DNA from: the human T2T-CHM13v2.0 reference genome, Homo sapiens
Reading direction: 5' to 3' (one strand)
Length of the DNA: 64,000 nt
NCBI RefSeq assembly: GCF_009914755.1
Contig: NC_060932.1
Below the pieces are notes generated by a model. That model ran no database searches. It was not told the DNA's origin and saw only the letters and a list, made by a program, of their open reading frames with translations. The translations under genes and the position numbers were made by a program. How positions within the stretch are numbered: position 1 is the first letter of the stretch; every line of letters begins with the position of its first letter. This document shows positions 46,578 to 61,065 of the stretch, piece after piece.

Positions 46578-46870
46578 AGCTGGACATGGTGGCACATGTC
46601 TCTGTAGTCCCAGCCACTCAGGAGGCTGAGGTGGGATGATTGCTTGAGCCCAGGAGTTTGAGGCCAGGGCAACATAGTGAGACCCGTTTCTACAAAAATC
46701 AAAAATAAAAAATTACCTGGGTGTGGTGGTGCACACCTGTAGTCCCAGCTACTCAGGAGGCTGAGGCAGAAGGATCACTTGAGCCCAGGAGTTCAAGGCT
46801 ACAGTAAGCTATGATTGTGCCACTGCCCTCCAGTGTTGGAGACAGAATGAGACCTTGTCAAAAAAAAACA
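46578..46870 (+). mobile_element. AluJ
   Basis: Dimer with J-type diagnostics. Confidence 0.88.
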
Positions 46871-46957
46871 AAACTTAAAATTTAAAAAAGATTATTCAGT
46901 ATATAAAATTATACATCCTACATTTTAAACACCATTTTTCTAAATGTAAAAGTAATA

Positions 46958-47276
<319 letters not shown>

Positions 47277-48114
47277 TTAAAAGCTTGAAAAGCTTTAAAA
47301 TGCAAAGAAAAACCATAAGAGTTCTGCCCCCCTCCAGAGTTAATCACTGTTAACATTTTGGTTTATTGCCTTAAACTCTATTTTAATAATACAACGTTTA
47401 CTTGTTTTTAAGTGAATGACATGGAAAGATTCACAAGTCCTAAGTGGGCAATCACATAAATAGGGAGTTAGTTGTGTAGGAAAATGCGTATGTGAGTTGG
47501 TAAACTAAAATATGAACAGCGGCTGTCTCTTGGTGGTAGGATTATCTAGTGATTTTTACTTTCTTCTTTTGGCTTGTCAAAAGTTTCCAAATCTTCCACA
47601 ATGAATATGAATTTAGTAGTAAGAAAAAAAACCACAAAATTATTTAAGACACAGATATCCAGATTCACAAGTGTGTTTCCGAGCTGGGTCTTCCTTGCCC
47701 CAAAATCTCATCTCTTCTTACTCATGTCTGGAAGCCAGCCTTAGGTGAAGAGTTTGGCAAGGCTGATGCTGGCAGAGAGAGGAGGGCAGGACAGGCAGGG
47801 CAAAATCCCTTGGCTTCAGGGCACTTCACCCTACAAAATCTGAAGGGCTCCATGTCCCTCCAGCACACACAGGACCTGAGGGGCTGGAGCCGTCTCCACA
47901 GCAACCATAGGATGGAGCGAGGATGCCAGAAGGACGGGCATAGGGGATGGAGTCACTGCAGAGACAATGGAGGGAAGGGCACATAGGGAGAATAAGCATT
48001 TCGATGCATAGGAGGAATGAACTCTGTAGGGACCTATGGCTGAGTAGATGAGGAAAGTAAATTCATATCTTATATCTCTGCACACCAGCTATTTGTATAA
48101 AACAATAGCATGGT

Positions 48115-48415
48115 GGCTGGGTGCAGTGTCTCACACCTGTAATCCCAGCACTTTGGGAGGCCAAGGCAGGCAGATCACCTGAGGTCAGGAGTTCGAGAGC
48201 AGCCTGGCTAACATGGCGAAACCCCATCTCTACTAAAAATACAAAAATTATCCGGGTGTGGTTGCATACGCCTGTAGTCCCAGCTACTCAGGAGGCTAAG
48301 GCTAGAGAATCACTTGAACCTGGGAGGTGGAGGTTGCAGTGAGTCAAAATCATGCCACTGCACCCCAGCCTGAGCGACAGAGTGAGACTCCATCTCAAAA
48401 AAATAAAAATAAAAT
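48115..48415 (+). mobile_element. AluS
   Basis: Full dimer; TSD AAAACAATAGCATGGT/AAAATAATAGCATAGT. Confidence 0.93.
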
Positions 48416-49581
48416 AATAGCATAGTCACTAAATGTATTAACAATATTAAGAAAAAGAGGGACATGATGATATATTTGTCAATGATTTATTCATTTACTT
48501 TCCATGTCATTCTCTTGGCCTTGTTCTTAGAAAATCTTTCCAATTTCAGGCATTAGGCTGATTGTCAACACCAGTTTACGCTGATTGGTAAGTTTTTGTC
48601 TCATTCTGTGTATGTAGATACATACAGGTATCATTATCTATACTTGTGCTACTCAGAGAATGTGCTGCTTTTTGCAAAAATATTCACGCAGAATTCACTG
48701 TTCACATCTGAAATCTGTGATTAGCCATATGCATGCCTGAACACTGAGCATATTAAGTAGCCCTGAGCCCAGGTTGCAGGATGGAGTGTGCTACACTGAT
48801 TCTACTCGCTCCTAGAGATTAAGCCCTTCAGAGTTTCCATGTTACACTCCCCTGGGCACCTGGGGACACCAACAATCTGGGTCCCAGGACAGATAGAATC
48901 TTGAATACTTGTAACCTATTATTTTATTATTGACTCATTGCTGTACATGTTCACTGCCTGGTATCAAGAGAAAATGTAATTTGTAACTGATATCTCTCAA
49001 TAATGTTGTGTACTTCCTACAAAGAGACCCACTGATGAGTTCATTAACTGTTATGTAACTGATGCTTTACATTGCTTTATTTTATTTACAAATTCTTAGT
49101 GGGCTTTTATATGGGTGTTTTAAAGTGTTTTAGTGTTTTTTTTTAAATTTTCAGAATAAAAATAGTTGAGGTTTTAGGCAGCCAAGAAAGCACTATTATT
49201 TTTCCCACTTAAAAAGATAAGGGTCCCAGGCTCCAAAAGATTGTTATTCGCACAATCTCAGGAAAGAATTAGATTGAGATATCAATGGATGGCTGCATTT
49301 TAGTGAGAAATTGGAAACTGTATTAAGGCTTCCTGGTCAAATGGCATTTTCCCAACCCTTCTTGAGCTGTTTTTCTCTCTTCTTACTTCCTGGCTATTGC
49401 AGGAGGGTCCTCCCAGTTTTTATCTCTGTAATTTCTTGGGACTCTGGGGCTATATTACTGTCTACCTTGGTCCTTAATGGCTGATCCCTGAAAGTCCATT
49501 TGACTTCTAATGGAGGAGTCTACAGGCTAGACATGAGTAATAAATGGTGGTGATTTGCACGTTGCATAACGAAGAACTGAG

Positions 49582-49697
49582 TGAGTGCCTGTGGGAAAGG
49601 AAAGGCAGCCCCTCCACTCTCCCACAGCTACCTTCTCCTCTCTCACACACACAAACATGTGCATACATGCACTCTTGTCTTTGTGCTACAAACAGCA
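49582..49697 (+). repeat. 116-bp block duplicated at 52036-52151
   Basis: Ungapped, 104/116 identical by manual count. Confidence 0.93.
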
Positions 49698-49732
49698 GCA
49701 TACGGAGTTAAATAGCATTAAAGAAACCAGTT

Positions 49733-50057
<325 letters not shown>

Positions 50058-50381
50058 TCAATCCTCCTGGCCACTGGTAAAGGTTGTTATCATAGGCATG
50101 ATGTGTCAGTGATAACTGCAATGATCTCACTATTTTCTCATCAAAATAGAATGTTCTAACAACAACATGGGCAGAAATAGCCTTAAAAAAAAATCACACT
50201 AATCCAACAACATCTGATTTACTTTTTAGTCAAATATTCATGTTTAGACCAAAACTAATAACATGATTTTTGTATCCCCTTTCCCCTGAAAAATCCCACC
50301 TTTCATCTTATTTTTGAAATATTATGTGTGTAATAAATGCATTCATTTCTACATAAAATGTTTGCATGTTATATGTTACTC

Positions 50382-50719
50382 CAGGCAGTGGCAAACTATA
50401 GCCTGTGGGCCAAATTCATTCCACTGACTGTTTTGGTACAGCCTTTAAGTTAAAAATAGTTTTTACATGTTTAAATGGCTGGGGGAAAAAATCAAAACAG
50501 GATTTTGTGACATATGCAAAATTATATAAAATTCAAATTTCAATGTCCATAAATAAAGTTTGGTTGGAACACAGCTATGCCCATACATTTACATATTGTC
50601 TATGGCTGCTTTTGCCCTACAATGCCACAATGGAATAGCTGCAACAAAGACTATGTGGCCCACAAACCTCAAATATATTTACCATCCAGTTCTTTCCAGG
50701 AAAAGTTTGCTAACTCCTA
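50382..50719. mobile_element. MER58B hAT-Charlie DNA transposon
   Basis: GGCAAACTATAGCCTGTGGGCCAAAT..GAAAAGTTTGCTAACTCCT; 8-bp TSD TGTTACTC/TGTTAGTC. Confidence 0.88.
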
Positions 50720-50827
50720 TGTTAGTCCTTTGAAATAAGCAACAACAAAAATCAAAATGTTGTTTGCATAATATTAGTAGAATACATGTGACCAAGGTAA
50801 CCATGCCCCAGAGCATAAACAATCTTA

Positions 50828-51142
<315 letters not shown>

Positions 51143-52648
51143 TAATCTGAGAAATAATTACCCTCTCTCGATTTTGTTTACCTGCAAAGAAGCTTTCCTG
51201 TGGCAAAAGCTGGGGACAAAGCCTTACAGAACTCAGAAGAATTCACACACATGTCGTAGTGATTTGAAAACTATGTCCAATGCATTGAGGTACCAGAAAA
51301 GGTTACTTCTTTGTTTCCTATAACTTTTACCTCACTGTTGCTTGAAGGAGAAAAGGGAAGAGGTCGGAGAGGAAGAGGTTACGAGCTTGCCAGGTGAATA
51401 TAATTCAGTCTTTTCCAGTTTACCACTGTCTTAGTTGAGTTAGTGGTCTTTTTTTGGTAAAACCATCTTTCAAGATTTCTGTGTCCCTCCCATCCTCACC
51501 TGCCCTTCCATTCATGTAGGGAAAAGCTTCCATGAGCTTAGCCACAGGACAGGAGTTCTCAGATGCAAGGACAGGTCTCTTACACAGGAGTCAAAGTTTC
51601 TTGTCCCACCTGGTCGTGCCCTGCTCCCAACTCCACCATCTTGGCTCTGTCTGACTCCCACTGGTGTTGCAAATGCTCTGAATCTTGGCAATGTCCTCCC
51701 TCCTCCCCTGACCTGGTGTCTAACCACAGCCTCTGCCACAGGGTCACAGGTGCCCTGGGTGATGCCCCGGGTAGCCCCACAGCAAGTGTTCTGGCTCTCA
51801 CTCAGCTCCTTTCTGCATTCTCCACTAGGAGCCCAGCAATACCTGCAGGATAGTGGCATCTCCATTCTCTCTGTCTTCCCCCTTCATTCCGCCCTTTCTA
51901 ACCCACCACCTGGGTGGCATGTGCTGGATGCAGCAGTTCTCTGGGACTTGATATTTCCCCGGTCTATCCTGAAAAAGTAAGGAACAAAGCCGCTGCTCTG
52001 GGATTCCTCCAAACTGAAACAAAACAGAGACTAGATGAGTGCCTGTAGGAAAGGAAAGACAGTCCCTCCGCTCTCCCAAAGTCAGCTTCTCCTCTCTCTC
52101 TCACACACACATGTGCACACATGCACTCTTGTCTTTGTGCTACAAACAGCACAATAGGTACACTACAAACCAGGTACCTGGTTATTTTACCTCTTGTCTC
52201 CTCTTCCCATTCTGTCAGCACCTCCCTTATGAAATAATCTGCATTGTCTCTACCAAAGGCTTATATGTCTAAACTCCAGCCCTAACTTTCCACCTATAAA
52301 GGGAGCTTTTAAAATTCAGAAAATAAACATTATCTCTCCCCATAAAGTCTGCATTTCAAAACTGTTATTTCAATATGGAGTCAATGAAGTCAGCTTTGCA
52401 AACCAAAGCCATCAATGACCTTTTTATTCCAGGCACTGCCCATCCTCACCCACCCTGCAGTTTATGGCTTAGCCCTAATGGCGGAAGGCTGTGGAAGAAC
52501 AGGATTTACGGGGGTATGAAAAACGCATCCATTCAATAATTCAAAATATTATTCCTGTTACCCTTGCTAAGTGAAAATCCTTTGTAACATTTTCATTCTT
52601 TTAAAAAAATTACATTTTGCCTCAGCATAACTCTTTGGTCTCAGCTGT

Positions 52649-53316
52649 TATCTTAGTTGTCTAGGGCTTTCATAGCAAAATACTACAGACAGGGCAGCTT
52701 AAACAACAGAAATGTGTTTTCTCACAGTTCTGGAGGCTGGAAGTCCAAGATCAAGGTGCCTGCAGGGCTGGTTTCCTCTAAGGCCTTGCTCCCTGGTTTG
52801 CAGATGGCCGCCCTCTTGCTGTGTCCTCCCACGGTCCTTTCTCTGTGCCTGTATCCCTGGTGTTTCTCTATGTTTCTAAATTTCCTCTTCTTGTAAGCAC
52901 AGTCAGATTGGATTAGGGCACATCCTGGTGGCTCAATTTACCTCCATCACATCTTCAAAGGCTCCATCTCCAAATACAATCACATTCTGAAGTAATGGGA
53001 GTTAGACTTTAGTACATGAATTTAGGTTGAGGGGAGCTGGAGGGGGGCACAATTCAGCCCAAAACACAGGTTACCTCTCATTTGGGTTGTTGCCCGTCTT
53101 CACGTTTAAATGGCACTCTCCCCGTGTGCTTGCCTGTGTCCAAACTTCCTCTTCTTATAAAGACATCAGTCATATCAGACCACAGCCCACCAAATGACCT
53201 CATTTTAACTTGATTACCACTGTAAAGACCCTATAAGGTCACATTCTGAGGAGGTTGGGACTCCACATACCTTTTTTTTTCCTTTGGTGGAGGAAGGGAC
53301 GCAATTTGGCCCAACA
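52649..53316 (-). mobile_element. MLT1A/B-type LTR (52649-53067) followed by a second partial MLT1 LTR (53075-53316)
   Basis: AGCTTAAACAACAGAAAT..CACAGTTCTGGAGGCTGGAAGTCCAAGATCAAGGTGCC; repeated CACATTCTGA block. Confidence 0.8.
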
Positions 53317-53648
53317 GTGAGCCAAAGAGTACACAGTGTCTAATATTCCAGACAAAGTTGTTTGGGTTCTGGGCATAAACTTCTATTTCCTCAGAATAAA
53401 AGCAAAAACAAATAAGCCAAAAACATTTTTCAACATACCCAGGCTTTTATATGTTGCAGGGAAGGGAGTTTAGAGGCCCAGCAGCCAAAAGGGTCCTGCC
53501 CATGTCCACACTCCACTGCCTGAAGGTGAGAGACAGTGAATAGAAACAAAGCAAAGCTCCCACAAAGTGGCCAAGAGCCACGAAGACACAGCTGTGGCCA
53601 GGAACCCAGGAGGCCAGATAATCTCAGAAAGGAGGGAGATTATCATCA

Positions 53649-53936
53649 GGCCAGGCCCAGTGGCGCACACTTGTAATCCCAGCCACTCGGGAGGCTAAGG
53701 CACAAGAATTGCTTGAACCCAGGAAATACTGAGATGGTGCCACTGCACTCCAGCTTGGGTGACAGAGAGAGACTGTTTCAAAAGAAAGGAAGAAAGAAAG
53801 AGAGAGAGAGAGAAAGAAAGAAAGAGAGAGAGAGAGGCAGGGAGGGAGGGAGGGAAGAAGGAAGGAAGGAAGGAAGGGGGAGGAGGAGGTGGAGGAGGAA
53901 GGAGGGAGGGAGGGAAGGAAGGAAGGAAGGAAGGAA

Positions 53937-54021
<85 letters not shown>

Positions 54022-54111
54022 GAAAGAAAAAGAAAGGAGATTATCAGCCTGGGTGACAGAGAGAGACTGTTTCAAAAAACAAAAAAACAAAAAAGAAGGG
54101 AGATTATCATC
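53649..54111 (+). mobile_element. Alu right monomer with tandemly duplicated 3' end and a ~255-bp GAAA/GGAA/GGA microsatellite tail
   Basis: CAGCYTGGGTGACAGAGAGAGACTGTTTCAAAA at 53751 and 54045; TSD AAAGGAGGGAGATTATCATCA / AAAGAAGGGAGATTATCATCA. Confidence 0.9.
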
Positions 54112-54624
54112 AGAGCTTAGACAGAAAGAGAGTCCGACCCCATTAGACCTGCAGAATCAAAATGTCTCAGGAATCCAAGAGTTTCTAACCTCCAAGGAGA
54201 TGCTGATGCTGCATTTTAGGACCACTCCATCACCTAAAGTGGAAAAAGGCACAGGTCATATCTGCTTCCTCTGTAATTGTTCAGCCCTAATCTCATTTAA
54301 ATTCTTTCCCCATGTTAGCTCCCAAGATAGGGAACCTCCCAGAATACACTAACAATATAGTTGACCCCATTTTCAAAATGGCAAAATTGCAGCCATCTCT
54401 CCAACATTATGAATGAACTGTTTGGGAGAAGGGGGTGTCGCCTCTACACACTTTTTGAAATCTACACCAGTTTTTTTCTAATTGAACTGTTTCTCATAAT
54501 CTAAAATTTTGCAAGTTTTAAATATGTTTTCAGTACAACTCTCTCACAAGTGATCATTTTTGCAACATTTCCTGTGACCAAGAAATAACCGAGATATGCC
54601 TCACACTTGTGTTACATTCACTGA

Positions 54625-54975
<351 letters not shown>

Positions 54976-55469
54976 CAAACAATCTTTCTATATGTTCATC
55001 CCCGTAAACCTGCTCAAAGCCTACATTCACCAACATCACACAGGCATGACTTTTTTTTTCAACAGATCCAATTGACAGGTGAGTTCCAAAGGGTAACAGG
55101 CCTCTGTCTTAACATCTTCAGTGATTTTAAATGTGCATCTAAAGAACAAGACACAGCCAGTTGGATGAGCTCTGTGTATGGCCATAGTCTAGCAAATGCA
55201 AACACAAACAGCGGTGCTTAGCTTCACTGATGACATAAGTTTAGCACTATGAACCAGAAGTAGCTTCAAAAACTACTGACTTTGCTCCCCAAGCCAGAGC
55301 ATTGGCTTGATTACTATAATTACAGCAGGAGATAAAAATCAGTATAGTCTACCATATGATTTCATGTATATAATATTCTCAAAATGACAAAACTGTAGAG
55401 CTAGAAAACAGATTACCGGTTGTCCAAGGGTAGGGATGGTGAGGGGAGTGTGAGCAGGACCTTGAGGAC

Positions 55470-56628
55470 AAGGCTTCCAGGGAGGCACTCTCGGGACCTC
55501 CACTGCTCTGCACCACCTCAAGCATCTGCTCCTGCATTCTAGCACGGTGCTCCTTGGCCATCCCAGCTGTAGGTTAAGCAGAACCAGGCGCATCGTGGGC
55601 TGCCACTCCAGAGAGCACAGGGCGTCCACATGGTGCTAATTCTGCAGGCTCACAGAGTTTAGAACTATGGGGCTATGGCAGCCACTTTCTAGATTTCAAA
55701 GGGTGCTATACACAGCTGGGGGTTCCAGGAAGAAACTTGCTGCAGGAGAGTAGCAGCCATGTAAAGTCCCCACTAGTGCAATGCCTAGCAGAGCTGTGGA
55801 GTGAGATGACCACTGAGGCCCCAGAATTGTAGAGCTCTCAGCGGGCAATGCCAGCCTGAGAGAGCTATTGGGTGGACTGAACCCAGTAAAGCCATTGGGG
55901 TGGGGCTGCCTCAGGCCTCGGGGGCCCAACTACTCCCTGAAGTGTGCCCACAATGTGGGTCATGGAGTCCAAGGAGATTATTCTGGCACTTCAAAATGTA
56001 GTGTTGTTTTCCCTCTTGGGTCTTGGACAAACTGGGGAGCAGTTACCCTTTACTTCTTGTCTATTTCTCCCTTTTGGGATGGGAACATCTATCCTATGCC
56101 TGTCCCGCCATTGTATTTTGAAAGTAGATAACTCATTTGATGTCACAGGCTCACAGCTAGAGGAAAATTTGCCTCAGGATGAGTGGTGCCTTGAGTCTCA
56201 CCCACATGTGATTTAGATGAGACCATGGACTTTGGACTTGAGTTGATGCTGGAACACATTCATGTGTTGGAAACTTAATCCCCAATGCAACAGTGTTGAG
56301 AGGCGGGACCCTCAAGAGACGATGAAGTCATGAGGTCTCTGCCCTTATAAATGGACAATGTCCATGTGGCAAGAATGAGCTCATTATTTTAGGAGTGGCA
56401 TCCTTGTGAAGAATGAATTAGGCCTTCCTCCTGAGCATGTTTTCTCTCTCTCTCACCATGTAATGCCTTCTACCATGTCGTGATGCAGCAAGAAGGCCCT
56501 CACCAGATGCAGACCCTCAATATTGGACTTCCCAGCCTCCAGAACTGTGAGCCAAATAAACTTCTCTTATCTGTAAATTACCCAGTCTGTGGTATTCTAT
56601 TATAGCAGCACCAAATGAACTAAGAATG
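55470..56628 (+). mobile_element. MaLR internal fragment plus MSTD-like LTR (~56256-56628)
   Basis: Int motifs TAGATTTCAAAGG, TTTGGACTTGAGTTGATGCTGGAA; LTR CATGTGTTGGAAACTTAATCCCCAATGCAACAGTGTTGAGAGG..AAATTACCCAGTCTGTGGTATTCT. Confidence 0.82.
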
Positions 56629-57090
56629 ACATGACACTGAGCTTTCACTATGGTTTCTACTGGTCCTTGTTCAAGAACTTGAGTAGATTGACAGGGATGT
56701 GAGTGTATGTGTATGCTGTGCATGTGGGTTGTGTATGTACATGTATGGTGTATGTTTGTGTTGTGTGTGTGCATGATGTGTGTTTGTGTGCTCCTTTCTT
56801 GAGTCAGTGTAATTATTCCTGTCCCCTCTGTGGTCCACAGCTGTAAGAAAATACCCTCACACAGCATCGCCATGTTTTGTTTTTCTAGTCCTTCTCTCAC
56901 GCAAGACTTCAATCTCCTTGGGGCCAATGATTGTGTTCATCTATGTGGGTCAGCTCCAAGCACAGAGCTAGAAAGCATTTGAGTGAAGGAATATTGACAT
57001 AGGGAGGAAGTGAAAAGACTACATTTTCCAAGCATGACATTACATCCTTCGCACAGTGCAACAAGCAGACAAACTCCAAGGCTCCATGTT

Positions 57091-57092
<2 letters not shown>

Positions 57093-57125
<33 letters not shown>

Positions 57126-57130
57126 ACACA
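57093..57130. repeat. (CA)n microsatellite
   Basis: Seen directly. Confidence 0.97.
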
Positions 57131-57177
57131 ATTGGTTTTAGCAACAAAATTTCAGCCCATTTAAAACCTTTGGTGTT

Positions 57178-57440
57178 ATGTTCTCACTCATAAGTGGAAG
57201 TTGAACAATGAGAACACATGGACACAGGGAGGGGAACATCACACACTGGGGCCTGTTGGGAGGTGAGGGGCAAAGGGAAGGAGAGCATTAGGATAAATAC
57301 CTAATGCATGTGGGGCTTAAAAACCTAGATGACAGCTTGATAGGTGCAGCAAACCACCATGGCACATGTATACCTATGTAATAAACCTGCATATTCAGCA
57401 CATGTATCCCAGAACTTAAAGTAAAAAAAAAAAAAAACAA
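57178..57440 (+). mobile_element. 5'-truncated L1PA (PA8-PA10-like) 3'UTR with poly(A)
   Basis: ATGTTCTCACTCATAAGTGG..GGACACAGGGAGGGGAACATCACACACTGGGGCC..CCCAGAACTTAAAGTA(A)n; TSD present. Confidence 0.92.
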
Positions 57441-58158
57441 AAATCTTGTGGTGTTATATGTTCTCAAGAAAGACTTTGGGGCTGATCTAAGGAAGTGTGA
57501 ATATTAAACAGGCAGTTGGTTAAAAAACAATATCTGTAATACTTCCTGCCTTTTTATTCAGAAGAAATCAATATCTGAGTGCTCCCAGCCAGATTCAGGT
57601 CAGTCTGAAGCAAGAATGTGAAGTAAATACAGTGTGGTCCCAAATTCCCATTTATATGATGCTTAGGATTTGTGCTGGAATCAATCGTTTCCTTGAATGC
57701 TGAAAATATACCTTCAATTTTAGGTGATTGCCTAGAAACGATCTGATCTCAATTTGTTTGTTATGCCCGTGCCCATCATGAAAGCTAGAAAAAAATAGTA
57801 TTAGGAAAATCCAACATTGCAGACAGGTGCAAACATCCCTGCCTGACTGCACTGACCAGACCTAACAGGCAGGTAGTGACCAAAGAGCCAACAGGTTCAG
57901 TGACTTGAGGATTCTTGTTTGAGGGAGGTGGGACTGGTCGTATAATGTTATAAAGGCAAGGCAATATTCACAGTCAGTCAACAGCACCTCACTTCCAAGG
58001 ATATTCCCTCATGGCTGGTTATTTGTCTGTGACTATAGTAGATAAATGGCTCTCAGCTCCACTAAGCCCAATGCCCCCTTTCAATAATAAATGTTTTATA
58101 TTACTCCCTTTCCTAATCTGAAATAAAATTAATAGCTTATTTATGCTACCTGCATATA

Positions 58159-58454
<296 letters not shown>

Positions 58455-58729
58455 CCTGCATATAATTGTTTAATCATAATGTCTTAATTGGGAATAAAAA
58501 GCAATGTAAAACATAAAAACATATAAACTCTTACAGTATGTAAAGATTTGAACACTCATTAGAAAACATATTAAAGTGTCAAGTGCTTATGGTCATGTTG
58601 AATGTGGCAGTTGTAAGTGCAGACCCATATATGCAAATTTCATTGATGATTTGAACACCTCATATGTGGCCTTGTCACTGGTGATGGTAATTTTCAATAT
58701 GATGAACAATTCTTAGTAAAGTTTTTGAC

Positions 58730-59018
58730 GAAACAAAGGACAAATACTCTATGATTCCACTTATTTGAGGGACCTGGAATAGGCAAGTCTGAAGAGACAC
58801 AAAGTAGATTAGAAGTTAGTGGTGTCTGGGAGGGGGAGGACGGAGAGTTATTGCTTAATGGGTACAGAATTTCTGTTTGGGGTAATGAAAAAGTTTTGGA
58901 ATAGATAATGGTGATGGTTGCACAACATTGCAAATTAATGCCACTGAATTGAAGTGGTTGAAATGGTAAATTTTTGGTTATATAGATCTTATCATATTTT
59001 TGAAATACCAAAAAAAAA
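58730..59018 (+). mobile_element. L1MB 3'UTR fragment
   Basis: GGACAAATACTCTATGATTCCACTTA..TTAATGGGTACAGAATTTCTGTTTGGGG..GATGGTTGCACAACATTG. Confidence 0.85.
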
Positions 59019-60196
59019 CCTTGGAAAACCTTTGTGTTTATACATAAGATGGAGTTAGTTCTAGCTCAGAGAATGAATAAGAAATGGTCTTTCACCTACT
59101 GGAATATCCAACAGGATGTTTGAAAGCACGCAAGACGATTTCCTGCGCTTCACGGGATATCTAGCATTGCTGGCCAACGCCGCTAAATGCCAGTAGGGCT
59201 ACCCTTTATTGATAAAAATGCCCTACCAAGTTCCAGCCATCCCCAGGAGGGAAATATTGCCCATCCTGAGAACCACTGAGACACAGAAAGTGAGAGCCAG
59301 GTAGGTGTCTGGGTTCTGGTCAAGTCAACGCCTGCAGTCCTCGTGGGAATTAGAGTGCTCTGCAAGGAACCAGCAGAAATCTAGTTCTTTGAGGGATCAA
59401 TGTGGAGGACGAGGAGATGGGGAGGAAGGATACAGCAATGTCGCATGAAAGCCGCTTCCAGTTCCCATCCCTGTTCCCTGGTTTCTTGGGCATCAAGACT
59501 CATTGCAGTCCCCTGCCAGAGGGTGAAGCTAGAGAGCCTTGCACATTTGCCAGTCCTGTCAGTTGGCTCAGGATTGAGGCAGGGCTGACTCAGCCCTTAG
59601 AGATGACACAGCAGTGCAGCTGACTATGACAATGACAATAACAGCTACTATTTATTAAATAATTGGCAAGGCTTTACTATTTTTTCATTTAATTTTAGCA
59701 ACCAATTATAGGGTGAAAACGGGTTCACACAGATGCAAGGAGCCTGGTCAATCAAAAATCATTGACACCTGGCAGGGCACCACCGTCACAGAGATTCCCA
59801 ACCAAGAAATGCAAATCTCCCGCTGTTGCTAAAGTCTCACTTGGCAGCTTTCCCAGTCCAGTGGCCACAGAGCTCCTTCTCCCCTCTGCATGGCTTGTGG
59901 GGATTTCAGCTGGGAGGCTGAGTGCAGTCACAGGGCAGTAGGTTTACCACTTCCCCATCAGCCACTGCCCTCCCTGCACCCTCTCCTCTTTCTTCCCACC
60001 ACAAGGATGAGTTTGATAGAGTCGCATTCAACCCACCCCATGATGCCATCTCAAGGGTTTAAAGCCTGACCTAAGAAATAGGGACTTCTCACGAGATGCT
60101 TGGCAACCCCAGCTGCAGGGCCTGGGATCTCATACTGTGGCTGCCAGAATGAATGTGCTGACAGAGCTCCCCATCCACTGCATATAGGGCTTACTT

Positions 60197-60515
60197 CTTT
60201 TTGTTTGTGTTTCTTGAGATGCAGTTTTAGCCTGTCACCGAGGCTGGAGTGCAACGGCCCAAGTTCAGCTCACTGCAACCTCCGCTGCCTGAATTCAAGC
60301 GATTCTCCTGCCTCAGTCTCCTGAGTAGCTGGGATTACAGGCACATGCCACCATGCCTGGCTAATTTTTGTATTTTTTTTTTTTTTTTTTTTTTTTAGTA
60401 GAGATGGGTTTTACCATGTTGGTCAGGCTGGTCTCGAACTCCTGATCTCAGGTGATCCGCCCACCTCGACCTCCCAAAGTGTCGGGATTACAGGCGTGAG
60501 CCACTGAGCCCGGCC
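60197..60515 (-). mobile_element. AluS with expanded middle A tract
   Basis: Reverse-complement Alu; TSD GGCTTACTTCTTTTT. Confidence 0.93.
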
Positions 60516-60909
60516 TGGCTTACTTCTTTTTCTATTGCTGAGGCTTTTTGCTGACAGCTGGCTTGGGATCTCAGGCACAGAAGCCGGACTCAATGTCCCT
60601 ACTGTTACTCTTTCTACCCCTTTACAGGGTCCCTAAGTGCCCACCTGATGCCAGTTTCTTTGCCTCTCCACCACCCCAGAGGACCCTTTGATGTTGTCCC
60701 ATACCTTTAACCCTTCTTCTGCCACACCCTCAACTCCTAGCCCTCATAGAACTCTACTGCCAACAGCACTGGCTGCTCCCTCAGTTATTTTCTTTCTGTG
60801 CATGAAATCTTCAGGAGCAGAACCAAGTCTTCTGTGTTCTTTAAGCCCTTGCCCATTCTCCACTGTAATTAATGCAATGATGGGTACATGACACACAATA
60901 ATTAGGGCA

Positions 60910-61065
60910 ATTGCCTTTCGTTCACACTTTCACAGCATCTCCTTTGATCCTCACCACAACCTCGTCAGGCAGGTATTATTGTTGTTCCTATTCCACAGAG
61001 GTGGAAATGTGAGACCTGAGTCACAACCTGGAATGAGGCAGAACCAGGTCTTGACTTCGGTCCTC
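60910..61065 (-). mobile_element. MIR
   Basis: CTCCTTTGATCCTCACCACAACCTCGTCAGGCAGGTATTATT..CCTATTCCACAGAGGTGGAAA. Confidence 0.7.

Noticed and set aside
53695-54352. K/E/R-rich and S/F/L-rich ORFs
   Set aside because: Translations of the GAAA/GGAA microsatellite.
57684-57873. Two 8-bp stems (ATCGTTTC/GAAACGAT, CCTGCCTG/CAGGCAGG) and a possible exon
   Set aside because: Long loops, chance-level stems and weak splice sites.
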